A stretch of DNA of 64,000 bases from Nitrosopumilus sp. (GTDB taxonomy: Archaea; Thermoproteota; Nitrososphaeria; Nitrososphaerales; Nitrosopumilaceae), in contig CBDBLO010000002.1 in assembly GCA_965207075.1 (NCBI GenBank), forward strand, positions 384,001 to 448,000. The letters run 5' to 3'. Positions 50,187 to 61,361 of this stretch are shown here, one piece after another. The position numbers were made by a program, and so were the translations under genes. Under the pieces are notes generated by a model. The model ran no database searches and was not told the DNA's origin. It saw nothing but the letters and a program-made list of their open reading frames with translations. Every line of letters starts with the position of its first letter. Positions within the stretch are counted from its first letter, which is position 1.

Positions 50187-51445
50187 AGCGCTGTCCAGTT
50201 CGGAATTTTCTGCCTCAGATTTGTGCACATTTTGATGCGCTCGGGCATGAGAAGATGCCAGAATTGTCGCCGATCTAGGGAGTTGGTACGGGAAGGATCC
50301 AGATTTTGTGCCGTAGCCGGTGGTTTGTGCGCAGCGTCCGCTGGGGGTTGTGACCCTCCTTTCGGGCGGGAGGGTCTAGGCGACTAGGTTGTAGCAGATG
50401 CATTTGAGTACGAGCCGCAGCTTCCGCATGGCAAGCGTCTTTGCGCGCGCGACCGCGCCGAACCTCTCCTTGATGACGGAGAATGCGGTCTCGACTAGGC
50501 TGCGCCGGTGGTATGCCCTGCCGAACCCCTCCGGGTCGTCGCGGTGCCACTTGAGCATTGTACCCATGGCATGGTAGCCGTTGGGCCGGGAGTTCTTCTT
50601 GGGGCATATCACGGGATCGCGCCCGCTGCGCGCGATCGCGTCACAGTTTGCCTTGGCAAGGTATGCCGCGTCCAGGATGACATGGCCGCCGCCCCGCGGT
50701 ACGCGTCTGTGCATCTCCCTGAACACGGGCGAATCATGCGCGCGGCCCGCGGTCACCTCGCACGTGACTATCATCCCGTGCGGCGCCATCAGTATGTGCA
50801 GCTTGCTGAATTCGCGTCTGGATATGATCCCTTTCTTGGCGTCCTCCCAGTCCTCGTACCTCATGATGGAGAACCCCGACGAGTCTCCCAGGAGCGTCCC
50901 GCGTGCGTGTTCCGCCGCCTGGGCGCCCAGCAGTCCGACCACGGCGTCGATCATGCCCGCGAGTCCCTTTGCCCAGTCATGTAGCCCGGACTTTGATGGA
51001 ACTTTTTTTAAGCCGTACATGTTTACCGAACCTGAGTGTTCGTTCATGTACACAACATGGATCCTGTACGAGTGGTTGCGGAAGGTCATGTCCACGAGGC
51101 ATACGATCCTTGCAGCATCGTGCTCGTCGGCATCGTGGAGGGCGCCGCGGATCAGTTTCCGTAAAGATTTGATCCGGGCCCCCTTCACCCTGCCTTCTTC
51201 CCTGCGCTTCCTCTCGTACTCCTTGTAGTCGCGGCACTCCCTGATGCTCTTCTTCCTGCACTCCTTCCTGTACGCCCTGACGTGCTCGTCATGCCTCAGC
51301 TTGTCGCCCTTCCTGCTCTTCCTTCGTCTTCTTCTGGAACTCATTGGCGGTAGCCGCTATATGTGATCAATAAGCTTTTCCATCCGAGTCAGTTCTGATC
51401 TTTAAGCTTTTTGTCGTTTTTGCGCTGCCGGATCTGGACAGCGCC
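50187..51445 (-). mobile_element. IS5-family insertion sequence, 1259 bp, inserted in the helicase 3' end
   Basis: TIRs AGCGCTGTCCAGTTCGG and (reverse complement) GGCGCTGTCCAGATCCG; 9-bp TSD GTACCGGTA at 50178-50186 and 51446-51454. Confidence 0.92.
50376..51344 (-). CDS. IS5-family DDE transposase
   Basis: LLGDSSGF, FSKLHI, HDSP, ILDAAY, YHRRSLVETAFSVIKERFG. Confidence 0.92.
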   Translation of the reverse strand: MSSRRRRRKSRKGDKLRHDEHVRAYRKECRKKSIRECRDYKEYERKRREEGRVKGARIKSLRKLIRGALHDADEHDAARIVCLVDMTFRNHSYRIHVVYMNEHSGSVNMYGLKKVPSKSGLHDWAKGLAGMIDAVVGLLGAQAAEHARGTLLGDSSGFSIMRYEDWEDAKKGIISRREFSKLHILMAPHGMIVTCEVTAGRAHDSPVFREMHRRVPRGGGHVILDAAYLAKANCDAIARSGRDPVICPKKNSRPNGYHAMGTMLKWHRDDPEGFGRAYHRRSLVETAFSVIKERFGAVARAKTLAMRKLRLVLKCICYNLVA

Positions 51446-54400
51446 GTACCGGTATTCTTCTTTTAGTATTACTTCCAACTCACCTAGAATTTGTGCGTCG
51501 TTTAGATTGTCGGAGTTTATTCTCTTTCGGAGGTTGTGCAGCGCCGTGTATGGTTGCTTGTTTCTCACCATCATCCTTCCCATGCGGGGCAGGAGCAGCT
51601 TGGCGCGTCGGCCCAGTTCTACGTCTTCTGCAATCCTGTTCAATCTCTTCTCGAAATACGTCTGCAGTTTTGTGGTACGTATGCGCGCCTGCTCATTCTT
51701 CATATCTCGGGTAAATTTTACCCACGCATCGCGTATGAATCCATCGTGTTGTGGGCCCTCTGCCTCTTTGGCAATTCCGACCTTTGTCTCTCCAAGCTTG
51801 GCGAGAAACGACGATGCGACCATTTTTTGTACATTGTCGCCTGACACCATATAGTATCGACGTAACGTCTTGGTGTCTATGACCCCACCGTTGAGTAGTA
51901 GCAGCTCGTCGGCCTCGCAAGCTACAAGCATCCTACCATCCCCGACGGAGCTCTTTATTCCAAGCGGCAGGCTGGTTATCCTGCGTCGGAGTGCCTCGTC
52001 GTTTTGTATGGCCTCGGCGTCCAGCTCTGCCGTAGTTTGTACCATGTCCAAGATGCCTTCTGAATCCATGTCCAGGACGTCTTCCACTCCAGCGTATATG
52101 TCGATTACCGCATCCTCATCTATCTTCTCAGATGGTTCTAGAATAGTCTGGTCGTGTCCGATAATTCGTCGTATAGTGCTTATCTTGCTGGCGACTCGCT
52201 CCCTTAAGCCTAGGCGGCTTTCGACTTGTGTGGTGGGCAGAAAGTTCACAATGTCGACCGTTTCGTGCTTGGAGCCTATTCGGTCTATCCTTCCAACTCT
52301 CTGTATGAGCCGTACTGGGTTCCAGTGGAAGTCATAGTTTATCACAGTGCGGCCTGCCTGTAGGTTTACGCCCTCGGAAAGGACATCTGTGCTCACCAGT
52401 ATGTTGAGTTCTTCTTCCGGTGCAAACTGGGCATTGTTGTTTTCGGGATCAAATCTACCCACCATCTCCCTTTTTTCGGCAGACGACTTGTGGGAGTCTA
52501 TCTGGCCTATGCGGATGTCGGGTATGGCCTCCTTTATGCGCCCGTAAAGATATTCTGCGGTCACGCGCGACTCGGTAAATAGGAGTATCTTTTCATCCTT
52601 GACTCGTATTACCTCCAGCAGGGAATCGAACTTGTCATCGAACTTGTGATAGTCTGCCATCGCAGGCAGGTAGTTGAGTATTTTTCCAAACTCGCCTATG
52701 TCGTGTACCAGATCGGCGCGCCATCTTGCTACGTCAAACGCGTCAATGCTGTAATCCGACTCTCCGAGCTTCTCAAGGTCGTACTCGTCATCATCATACA
52801 TGATGCTCTTGTATATGGCGTCTTGGTAGTCCTTTCCTATCGGGACTATGCCCTTTTTCAAAAGGTCTAGGAACTCTTGTGATCCCTTCTGGTAGTTTGT
52901 AGCACTTGCTGCAAACGCCGCTATGCTGGACTCCATTCTCTTCAAGAGTCCGCATCTTACCATCCCGATGAGGGACTTCATGCGGTTTGCGAGATCATTG
53001 TATTTTTTGTATTCGGGATGCGTGGTATTCTGGTACTCTTCTTTGATATAGTCTCCGGGAGAGTACCTGGCCATGGTCAGGTTTTCAATATGGCCCAGCA
53101 TGGCCTCAAAGGAGCTTAGATACACCTTATCTATGTCGTACTGACGCGGGGTGGTCAAGTTCCTTTCTGGAAAGTATCTGCGCTCTCCGCTTTCCAGTTC
53201 AAGATAGTGCCTCTTGCCGTCGCGCTTTGCGTACTTTTCACGAATCTGCCTTCTAGTGCGGCGAATCAGTATGTGGCGCAGCAGCTCCCGTATCCTTTCC
53301 TCGCCCTCTTCGGTAAGACGGTGATCCTGCTCTGACCCCTTGAAGTATTCGTCGAGCGAGGTGTTACCAAGTGGGGGTATGTCCCGGATTCTTTCTGCAG
53401 GAAAGAGGTTCAACTGGTTCTTTAGGTCCGTTACGCCGTTTGAGATTGGGGTTGCGGTAAGCATGATGATGGCCGAGTCGTCACTTTGCTGTTCCATGAA
53501 CGCGTGCAGTGCGTCGTATGCATGCGTCTTGTTTCTAAAGTTGTGGCTCTCGTCCACCAGTATGACGTCACAGTTGGTGTAACGGCTCAGTATGTTGTCG
53601 TCCATTCCTATCTTGTACCTGGAGACTACCTCTGCGTATATGTCAAAGAGGCGCATGTATTCCCTCCACATGTCAATCAGATGGGGGGGACATATGATGA
53701 GGGGCTTGGCCCGCTTTGTCTCCTTGAGATACTTTAGTATCATGCTGCCAATGTACGACTTGCCGGTTCCCACCACATCCGCCACTATCACACCACCGTA
53801 CTCTTCGAGCATCTTGACGGACTTTAGGACCGCCATCCTTTGGAATTCAAAGAGATGTCTTGCCTCGACGCCGCCTATTACGTCATCCGGCAGACTACCA
53901 TACTCGTGCATCACCGCCTTGCGGTATATGTCGATGGGGCGCCTGTCATTGACCCACGAGTCCCGCATCTCGCTGGCCATCTCCTCGGTGAATTCTTTGG
54001 CCTCTTCCCAGTGTCGCTCAAACCACTCCAACAGTTTCTCTGTATCGTTGTCCACATTGGTTCGCAGATTGAGTTCCGTATGTTCCCTTATTCCGGATAT
54101 TGAGAGGTTGCTGGATCCTACTATGGAGAATCGTGGCAGGGCAGGATTGTCCATCTCAAATATGTACGCCTTGGCGTGAAGTTGTACCTTTGTGTAGACT
54201 CGGACCTGCAGTTTGCCGCGTCGCATCAGATCTGCCAGCTTTAGCACTGCACGTCGATCCTGCTCAGTCTGTGGCATGTGTCCAAGGGAATCACGTACTT
54301 GCTTGGAAACTGTCGTCTGTCCACCAACGTCGTCTGTTGCAACTTTTCGCTTTACATCGTCAAACGACTCGTTGTTTGCAAGCAGTGCTTCCGCGGTAGG

Positions 54401-54694
54401 ACGGTTCGTCTTTGGTGATATGAGAAGACGTATGACATGATCTGGATTGTCACTCTTCTCGATCTTTGCAAAGTAGTCCATTATGGCGGCAAATCCTGAT
54501 ATGAAAAAGTACCCCACTGCTATGCTGGCCCGTGTCGTATTTGGAAGGTGGAGTTTTAGTTGATCTAGGAGCACGACGTTTTCGTTGTCTATGACGCTCT
54601 CGTTTGACAATGCTATGTGTCTATGCTGTGGGTTTATCTGTTTTTTGAACGTGTAAAACACAGCCTGTTCACTATGGTTCGTGGCAGAAGTCAT
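51389..54694 (-). CDS. PLD(HKD)-nuclease + SNF2-family helicase; native C-terminus displaced by IS5
   Basis: IAVGYFFISGF, LHAKAYIF, GSSNLS (PLD); ADVVGTGKS, VDESHNF, LTATP, TDVLSEGVNLQ, NPVRLIQRVGRIDRIG (SF2). Confidence 0.92.
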   Translation of the reverse strand: MTSATNHSEQAVFYTFKKQINPQHRHIALSNESVIDNENVVLLDQLKLHLPNTTRASIAVGYFFISGFAAIMDYFAKIEKSDNPDHVIRLLISPKTNRPTAEALLANNESFDDVKRKVATDDVGGQTTVSKQVRDSLGHMPQTEQDRRAVLKLADLMRRGKLQVRVYTKVQLHAKAYIFEMDNPALPRFSIVGSSNLSISGIREHTELNLRTNVDNDTEKLLEWFERHWEEAKEFTEEMASEMRDSWVNDRRPIDIYRKAVMHEYGSLPDDVIGGVEARHLFEFQRMAVLKSVKMLEEYGGVIVADVVGTGKSYIGSMILKYLKETKRAKPLIICPPHLIDMWREYMRLFDIYAEVVSRYKIGMDDNILSRYTNCDVILVDESHNFRNKTHAYDALHAFMEQQSDDSAIIMLTATPISNGVTDLKNQLNLFPAERIRDIPPLGNTSLDEYFKGSEQDHRLTEEGEERIRELLRHILIRRTRRQIREKYAKRDGKRHYLELESGERRYFPERNLTTPRQYDIDKVYLSSFEAMLGHIENLTMARYSPGDYIKEEYQNTTHPEYKKYNDLANRMKSLIGMVRCGLLKRMESSIAAFAASATNYQKGSQEFLDLLKKGIVPIGKDYQDAIYKSIMYDDDEYDLEKLGESDYSIDAFDVARWRADLVHDIGEFGKILNYLPAMADYHKFDDKFDSLLEVIRVKDEKILLFTESRVTAEYLYGRIKEAIPDIRIGQIDSHKSSAEKREMVGRFDPENNNAQFAPEEELNILVSTDVLSEGVNLQAGRTVINYDFHWNPVRLIQRVGRIDRIGSKHETVDIVNFLPTTQVESRLGLRERVASKISTIRRIIGHDQTILEPSEKIDEDAVIDIYAGVEDVLDMDSEGILDMVQTTAELDAEAIQNDEALRRRITSLPLGIKSSVGDGRMLVACEADELLLLNGGVIDTKTLRRYYMVSGDNVQKMVASSFLAKLGETKVGIAKEAEGPQHDGFIRDAWVKFTRDMKNEQARIRTTKLQTYFEKRLNRIAEDVELGRRAKLLLPRMGRMMVRNKQPYTALHNLRKRINSDNLNDAQILGELEVILKEEYRYGAVQIRQRKNDKKLKDQN

Positions 54695-54888
54695 GATGCT
54701 AAATTTGAACCAGCATGTTTTTCTATGCGATGTGCATGACGTTTTTATGGATGTACTGAACTTGTCTACGGGAAAGAAAGATCTAGATTATGGCAGCGCT
54801 CACTCGCGAGTTTACTGCTTTCCAGGATCTGGAAAGACAGACCATGAGTAGTAGGATGGACTACTGATCAAAAACGGAGAAGTGTACA

Positions 54889-57108
54889 ATGATTAGTAAA
54901 AACCAAGCCAAACAAATCGTTGATGATTTACGACAGCAGCGCAAGCTTCAGACTGATGAAATTTTAAAACATCTCGAAAAAGCACATATAGCAAAATCAA
55001 GTGATGTACTTAAAATTATTGATGCAATGTTGAGCTATGGCGATTATTTTATTTACTTTATTGTTAACAATCTTTCTGTTTATTCAGCTCCGAATAATCA
55101 ATTTGTTCGTATTATAAGAAAACTGTCAAAATTAAAACAATTTGAAAATGGGATCTATAATTTACGAACATTGTATAGACGTGATCCAAAATCTGCCGAC
55201 TTTATCTATGAAAAACTACAAAAAATAGATGAGTATGAGATAGCACTGGTCACAGGATCTGTTCTTGGTGGAAAGGGGCAAATTAATCCCGACTTTTTAT
55301 GGAAGGTTATTGATAACAACACGAAACCTACAATAAATGATAAGATTTCTTACACACGTGCGATTGAAATTGTAGCTCAAGAAAATAGTGTGCCCGGCAG
55401 ATTCGTGGATCAGCTTGTTTCGTATATGGATGATGATAATATAAACCTCAGGCGGCATGTAGTTCAAACTTTAATTATTCGATTTAACAACCTAAAAAAG
55501 ATTGAAAAATTTATTATCTCTATTATAAAACAAAATGACGCTAACAAGAGACTTGTCCTGGGCTATCTTTTCCCCGTTACAAACAAACCTGAGAAATTCT
55601 GTCTTAAGATTCTCCAATCGTGTGCCAACACCGATGACAATCAGATCATTGGGATGGTGGCATTCAACTTCGCCTATCTAGCACCAGACCATCCAATTGA
55701 ATCCTTGAGGATATTAAGACGATGGTGTAAAAAACAAGGATTCTTTATGGGACATTCTGAATATATGGCCTCTCAAATGGGAACGAAAAACATCCACAAG
55801 ATATCAACACTGTTACTTGCGTGGATAAGGACAGAAAAGAATGGTATCACACTCCAGTTTCATCTACCTGCTATAATTCGTGAGGCATATCGTGATAACG
55901 ACCCAGAGTTAATGAACTTAATTTTAAAAATTGACTATACTCAGAAGAAAAAGGCAATTCTTATTATCAAAATCGTTGAAACCGTACTTTCACAAGGTTT
56001 CCATCAAGTAGTGCGAAGTGACAGCTTTCTTGCCACTTGTAATAGAATTCTGCATAAGATTGCTGAACATCAGAATCTTGAAATATGTATAGATCGCAGT
56101 TTGAAAAATCCTGTAATACAAACACTTGATCTAGTTGATAAAGTCAGATTTGGCCAAAAGAAAAAGAACCCCGATGAAATAAAAAACAATCTAGAATACT
56201 TCCCAACCATTATGCAGTTTTTTGGCCGACGCAAGCTTCATAAATTGATAGAAAACAAACCGTGTCACCCATTTGTCCAAATTCTGACACGATCTCGGGT
56301 TTCAAAAACATTGGTAAAAAAAATTTTGCGCAGAATAAACAATCGAAAAACGTCTTGGGAGAAGGCCATGATGCTTCATGCACTTCAATCAAAGTTTTTT
56401 CCTACATCATTATTGAGTGACATGGAATTCTCTCTTTCTTTGCTAGGTAAAGACGAGCGAGGAGTTGTGCGGCTACGTAGTGGACTGTTGAATGAAAGTG
56501 ATTTCTTTCCAACTCTGGCTGAACTGAATGTGTATGCACGGTTCAAGAAAAAATATCCAACAAAACTACAACCTCCTGTAGGTAATAACGAACTAGATGT
56601 GGAAGTTACAATTGATGGAGTTGTCTATCTGTTCGAAGTCTTTGCTCCCAAAAATAACGTTGAGGTGGAGTATGTGCGAGCTGCACACACAGTAGATAAC
56701 AAAGCTAAGAAACGTATTATTGAAAAATTAGAAAGACAGATAAAAAATGCAGCCGGCTCCACTCATCCTGTACTTTTGATCATAGATAAAAGCATGGCTC
56801 ACACCGTTGATTATGATAATATAATTGATTCTCTCTATGGGACGTATCAATATACGATAGAAATGAACAAACAGAGCGGAGCAATAGAAAATGAATACAG
56901 TTCTAGAAAAAGTGATTCCATTTCAGATGTATCTCTCTACGGAAAAATAATAAGTGCAATAATTCTTCTACACAGAGACATGAGCTACGACGATTACAGC
57001 ATGATACTTTCAGGACAACTTTTCCCAAATCCTAATGCTACAATTCCTTTAAGCCAGACTTCAATACAAAAAATTACAAATGTATTATTTAAAAAAATAA
57101 CTGTCTAG
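54889..57108 (+). CDS. AT-rich hypothetical protein, helical-repeat N-terminus and putative C-terminal PD-(D/E)XK-like nuclease
   Basis: Intact 739-aa ORF; HEAT-like helices; LAELNVY...NELDVEV.IDG..YLFEV motif. Confidence 0.65.
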   Translation: MISKNQAKQIVDDLRQQRKLQTDEILKHLEKAHIAKSSDVLKIIDAMLSYGDYFIYFIVNNLSVYSAPNNQFVRIIRKLSKLKQFENGIYNLRTLYRRDPKSADFIYEKLQKIDEYEIALVTGSVLGGKGQINPDFLWKVIDNNTKPTINDKISYTRAIEIVAQENSVPGRFVDQLVSYMDDDNINLRRHVVQTLIIRFNNLKKIEKFIISIIKQNDANKRLVLGYLFPVTNKPEKFCLKILQSCANTDDNQIIGMVAFNFAYLAPDHPIESLRILRRWCKKQGFFMGHSEYMASQMGTKNIHKISTLLLAWIRTEKNGITLQFHLPAIIREAYRDNDPELMNLILKIDYTQKKKAILIIKIVETVLSQGFHQVVRSDSFLATCNRILHKIAEHQNLEICIDRSLKNPVIQTLDLVDKVRFGQKKKNPDEIKNNLEYFPTIMQFFGRRKLHKLIENKPCHPFVQILTRSRVSKTLVKKILRRINNRKTSWEKAMMLHALQSKFFPTSLLSDMEFSLSLLGKDERGVVRLRSGLLNESDFFPTLAELNVYARFKKKYPTKLQPPVGNNELDVEVTIDGVVYLFEVFAPKNNVEVEYVRAAHTVDNKAKKRIIEKLERQIKNAAGSTHPVLLIIDKSMAHTVDYDNIIDSLYGTYQYTIEMNKQSGAIENEYSSRKSDSISDVSLYGKIISAIILLHRDMSYDDYSMILSGQLFPNPNATIPLSQTSIQKITNVLFKKITV

Positions 57109-57724
57109 TCACTTAAAAACAAAAAACAAACTACATACGAAAGTAATATCCAGATCCGTATGTGCTATACATTCCATACCTGTGTGACTTAAAACCATAA
57201 TCCAACTCAGAGCGAATTTTGGATGCAATATATCATCTTCTGTATCCATGCCTGGTCTTCGATGGTCCTGTGCTCTGTCTCATCCTCACCTCTTAATCGC
57301 TCCAATACGTACATGACTTGGTTTTTCAATATTGATACATAGTCTATCCACTACATGCTTTTGTTAACCCCCGCATGCTGTCAGATGTTATATTCGACTC
57401 ATCTATCAGACTGTTCTGATGCGCACATGCTGTCAAATCCCGCGCGACAGGGTCTGACAGGTAGTTACCTCCTGCCCCCGGCTTGGGCACAAATTCCACT
57501 ACCCGTCCATGTGAAGTCTGAGGAGATGTGTTTATCATCCTGCTCGCGTCCCCGACACGCTAAGGGGGATTATCATGTATACACGAGTGTTGTCGATTTT
57601 TGAAGCTCAAGTCGCCCATAACACATCTACGACACCACAGTCAAACAATTTCTCAGCGCGCTCACAGGATTGCTTGCGTAGCACAGGAGCTAACTAGAAA
57701 TACTGAGCATCGTACACGAATCGC

Positions 57725-59080
57725 ATGAAAGAGGGAGTGGTTAGAATTCATGCCGAAAACTTCAAGAGCCTGAAGGACTTTACAATCGACTTTAAAAAGT
57801 TTAATGTGCTGATTGGAACCAACGGTTCTGGAAAAACCAACGTGCTTGAGCTGTTTAAGTTTGCTAATCTATGTATCAATCCAGACCGAATTCCCACATA
57901 TCCATTTAGATCATGGTCAGGATTCAAAAATATTGTATGGTCTGGTGACCCGAACCAAGTGATTCGTCTCCAAGTTAGTCACTCAATAGAAAAGTATGAC
58001 TTTGATTACAAGGTAACTATTGGCGATTCAGGGGGCACTCCTGAATTTTTGGATGAGGAATTAAACATTTCAAATTATTTACGTGTTTTGCGTAACGCTC
58101 AATCTCTCAAATACGAGCTTGATTCCAAGTTCTTGGACACGATAAAACCTATGCTATCCGCAACCCCACTCGTTAGTGACTTCGTGGATGATTTACCAGA
58201 GTCACCCTGGATCGAGGAAATAGATAATTTTATCACAATTCCAAATATAATTCGAGCATTACATGTCCGTCCCATAGAAATATATGCGCGATCAAGAAGA
58301 TCAATGTCACGCTCATCACCACATGACTCCAATTCGTCGAGTTATGATATTGATGATGTCGGATTCGCAATGGAGTATTTTGAAAGTATAGGTAAGCGAC
58401 TTTTGATTCCGTCCGTTAGGATTGGTGGTGACGACAACAAAGACTTTATCCACGAGCACGCCACTAGTTTCTTGGCGGGACGACATTCCATGATTCTACT
58501 GCGACAGTTAAACTATACGGCCATCCGAGAGTCGCGGTCAGTCGAAGATTCCGATGAATTGGGGGAAGACGGTGTTGGACTAATTGGCAAGCTGTTCCGC
58601 TGGTATAATAGAAACAATCAACTACCTGAGCGTTTTACTTTTGCGCTTGAAAACCTATTTCCTGGCTGGCAGATCAATTTTGATGTAACTGGAGATGGGC
58701 GGATATTGCTAAACGTATATGATGGCAACATGGCTTTGTCCCCATCATCAATTCCAGACGGCTTTTACAAACTACTTGCAATACTCGCAGCCGTGGAAAT
58801 AGGACCAAAATTCTTGCTAATAGACGAAGTAGATACGTCCCTGCATGCGGAAATTATCGACTACGTTCTCAGTGAGCTTCGTACTTGTGAATCACATGTA
58901 ATTATTACCACGCATTCTCCACTGGTAATAGATGCAGTTAAACTTGCAGACGTTGTAATTCTTAAAAGAACTAAATCCGGTACCACGTGTCAAAGGATTG
59001 AAAATACTGATAGCATGCAAAAAGAATTGCGCGATCAAGGACTTACGCTAAGCGAAAGCTGGATATATGGTGGATCATGA
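57725..59080 (+). CDS. ABC/AAA_21-type ATPase
   Basis: ENFKSL, GTNGSGKTN, IPDG signature variant, LLIDEVDTSLH, ITTHSP. Confidence 0.9.
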   Translation: MKEGVVRIHAENFKSLKDFTIDFKKFNVLIGTNGSGKTNVLELFKFANLCINPDRIPTYPFRSWSGFKNIVWSGDPNQVIRLQVSHSIEKYDFDYKVTIGDSGGTPEFLDEELNISNYLRVLRNAQSLKYELDSKFLDTIKPMLSATPLVSDFVDDLPESPWIEEIDNFITIPNIIRALHVRPIEIYARSRRSMSRSSPHDSNSSSYDIDDVGFAMEYFESIGKRLLIPSVRIGGDDNKDFIHEHATSFLAGRHSMILLRQLNYTAIRESRSVEDSDELGEDGVGLIGKLFRWYNRNNQLPERFTFALENLFPGWQINFDVTGDGRILLNVYDGNMALSPSSIPDGFYKLLAILAAVEIGPKFLLIDEVDTSLHAEIIDYVLSELRTCESHVIITTHSPLVIDAVKLADVVILKRTKSGTTCQRIENTDSMQKELRDQGLTLSESWIYGGS

Positions 59081-59559
59081 AGTATTATTTTATTGTGGAA
59101 GATGATTTTGGTCCACAGTTTATCAAAGCGCTATTTAGAAAAAAGTCAGATGAAGGTATATTTTCTGGTATGTTGGTTAAAGCAAAACAATATTCGATCG
59201 GTCCCAAAATGTCGCGAATAGCTAAAGCTGCAACGCGTAACGCTGATCGTATAGTCATCTTAATGGATGCAGACGGCAAGCCTCATAAGGAATGGACTCG
59301 TCATATAGAATCATTTCTTTCTGATGTTGATATGAATTATGTTCGTATTGTGCTGTTGGATCATGAGATAGAAGAATGGATTTGCCATTCACAGGGGATT
59401 AAGTTTGATGAAAAACCTTCCAAGATCTTGAAAGCCAGCATATCATACAAAAAAAATCAACTTCCAAAGTATGCTTTAAAACTAGACTGTGAAAAATTAA
59501 AAACCTGTTCTAGTTTCGAGCGTCTGATGCTTGCACTTAGATCCGACGATCGTATATAG
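59077..59559 (+). CDS. DUF4276-like TOPRIM-fold partner protein
   Basis: FIVEDD, ILMDAD, HEIEEWI, CSSFERL; ATGA overlap with the ATPase. Confidence 0.7.
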   Translation: MKYYFIVEDDFGPQFIKALFRKKSDEGIFSGMLVKAKQYSIGPKMSRIAKAATRNADRIVILMDADGKPHKEWTRHIESFLSDVDMNYVRIVLLDHEIEEWICHSQGIKFDEKPSKILKASISYKKNQLPKYALKLDCEKLKTCSSFERLMLALRSDDRI

Positions 59560-59607
59560 TATTATTCGCTGAGCAAAACGGCGCTCAAAATTTTATACAT
59601 ATTCATC

Positions 59608-60713
59608 TAGAGTGACGATCATTGAAAATTTCGCTTCACACACAACGGTACAAGAACCTGTAGATGTCGAGTCGGATTGGGCACGTCCTGAAATATTCGG
59701 ACACCGCATGTGTCAGATCCTCCCGTGTCTCGTAGTGCTCTGAGGTGACAAGCCTGTACTTTGCATCCTTCCAGACGGACTCGACTGCGCTGAGCTTCGG
59801 CGTCGCGGTGGGCAGGTACAGTATCTCCACCCCGTCGTGTTCTCTCAGATATCTTTTCACATCCCTGTGCTTGTGCTGGCTTGCGTTGTCCGTACGAGGA
59901 GGACCCTGCCCCACTTGCGGCGCACCTTCCTGAGATAACGCACGAACGTCGGACCGTCAAACCTTTCATACTGCCGCATCAGCTTGGTTCCATCCTCTGT
60001 AAGCGCGCCAAATACGACGGTCCGGTTCCTCCTACCGTGCTAGCTGACAGCCACGGGATCCTCGACGCGCGACCACAGCTTCCTTCCGTTGTCCCCGTTC
60101 TGAGAAATATGGACTCATCCTGCACCACGATCGTCAATCCGCGCCTTTTTGCACCGGATATCGTGCCTGCGGCGTCGGTCTGTCACTGCCTTACCGTGTC
60201 GTCGTCGGCAGCCGAGGCGTACAGGGTGGTCGATCTCTTGTATGAGAACACGAGGTGTCGCAGGATCCTGCGCACGTTGCACAGGCTGTACCGGATGCGC
60301 ATTCTGCCGCGTATCCAGTTCCGCAGCTTTCTCGGGGTGAGCATGTTCCTGCCTGCAAGGCTGTCGGCCAGCCTCCTGATCCGCCCGTACCTTGCGCGTG
60401 AAGCCCTGCCCCTCCCGGGAGCGTCCCGGAGGCCACCGATGCCGCCCTCGTTGAACCGAGCAACCCACAGTTGCACCGTTAGCTGGCCACGTCTGCAAAA
60501 TCAGACGCGGTCCTTGTCGAGTGGCCATTGAGCACGCCTAGGACCGCCATCATCCTGTTACGGATCCTGATGTCCCTCTCTGCACGCATGGCCTCCTTCA
60601 GCTCCCGGATCTTCTTCTTGTTCTCGATCATGGACGGTTCGGCGATCCATCGATCAATAAGCTTTTCTGCGGTTGTCCATCATGAGGCGAAATTTTCAAT
60701 GAGCGTTACTCTA
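59608..60713 (-). mobile_element. IS630-family element, full length, transposase inactivated
   Basis: About 30-bp TIRs TAGAGT(G/A)ACG(A/C)TCATTGAAAATTTCGC in CTAG context; pieces WVARFNEGGIGGLRDAPGRGR, DNASQHK, YLPTATPKLSAVESVW split by stops and frameshifts. Confidence 0.9.
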
Positions 60714-61065
60714 GTTGCATCTCTTGCACTTGTGGACGACCTTTTTGTTGGTAGCATCGTCATTCTCAAACCTCTTATTCCAATACCGCGTCCTGTACCG
60801 CTTTACCCTGCGCTCAAACCGCTTTACCCTGCGCTCAAACCGCTTCCGGAACGCCTCGTCAGTGTTGAGGCGTTCTTAGTATGCATCGGCCATGGGGAAG
60901 GCCACGACTGCATGTGGGTAAGGGCCATGTCCGGGGGTATGTGGTACCGTCTCACAAAGAATCTTAGCAGACGCTCTGTTCCCTCAAAGTCCGACTTCTC
61001 TTCTTTATTCATGACTGCCATGACTGCCGTCGTATTTATGACTGCGGGATCGTCAGACACGCTGA

Positions 61066-61320
61066 TCAGTCACGATCAAGTACAAACTGGAGTTCTGGAT
61101 GATCGTTTTCCACTTGTTGTGTCCCTCCGTTGAGATGCCTGCGGCCTCGGTGGAGAGTCTTGTTCTTTATGGCATTGTGCTTGCGGACGCGGTTGTAGTG
61201 AACCTTCATGCCCTTGAATACCGCCGTGTCCGTGTTGCTTAGGCCGCGAAAGGTCTTTTCACTGTCGCGGACAGTTCCGTTGAACCGTTCCATCTTATTG
61301 TTTGACGGGTGGTAGTTACC
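61066..61320 (-). pseudogene. IS6-like DDE transposase C-terminal remnant
   Basis: NNKMERFNGTVRDSEKTFRGL...HYNRVRKHNAIKNKT. Confidence 0.75.
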
Positions 61321-61361
61321 GGTGCTGCGCCGCCGGCCGTAAACGCGCGGCCCGCCAAACG

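Noticed and set aside
57150-57340. Possible antitoxin-like gene remnant on the minus strand (…WIQKMIYCIQ…DYGFKSH)
   Set aside because: Too short and broken to support a call.
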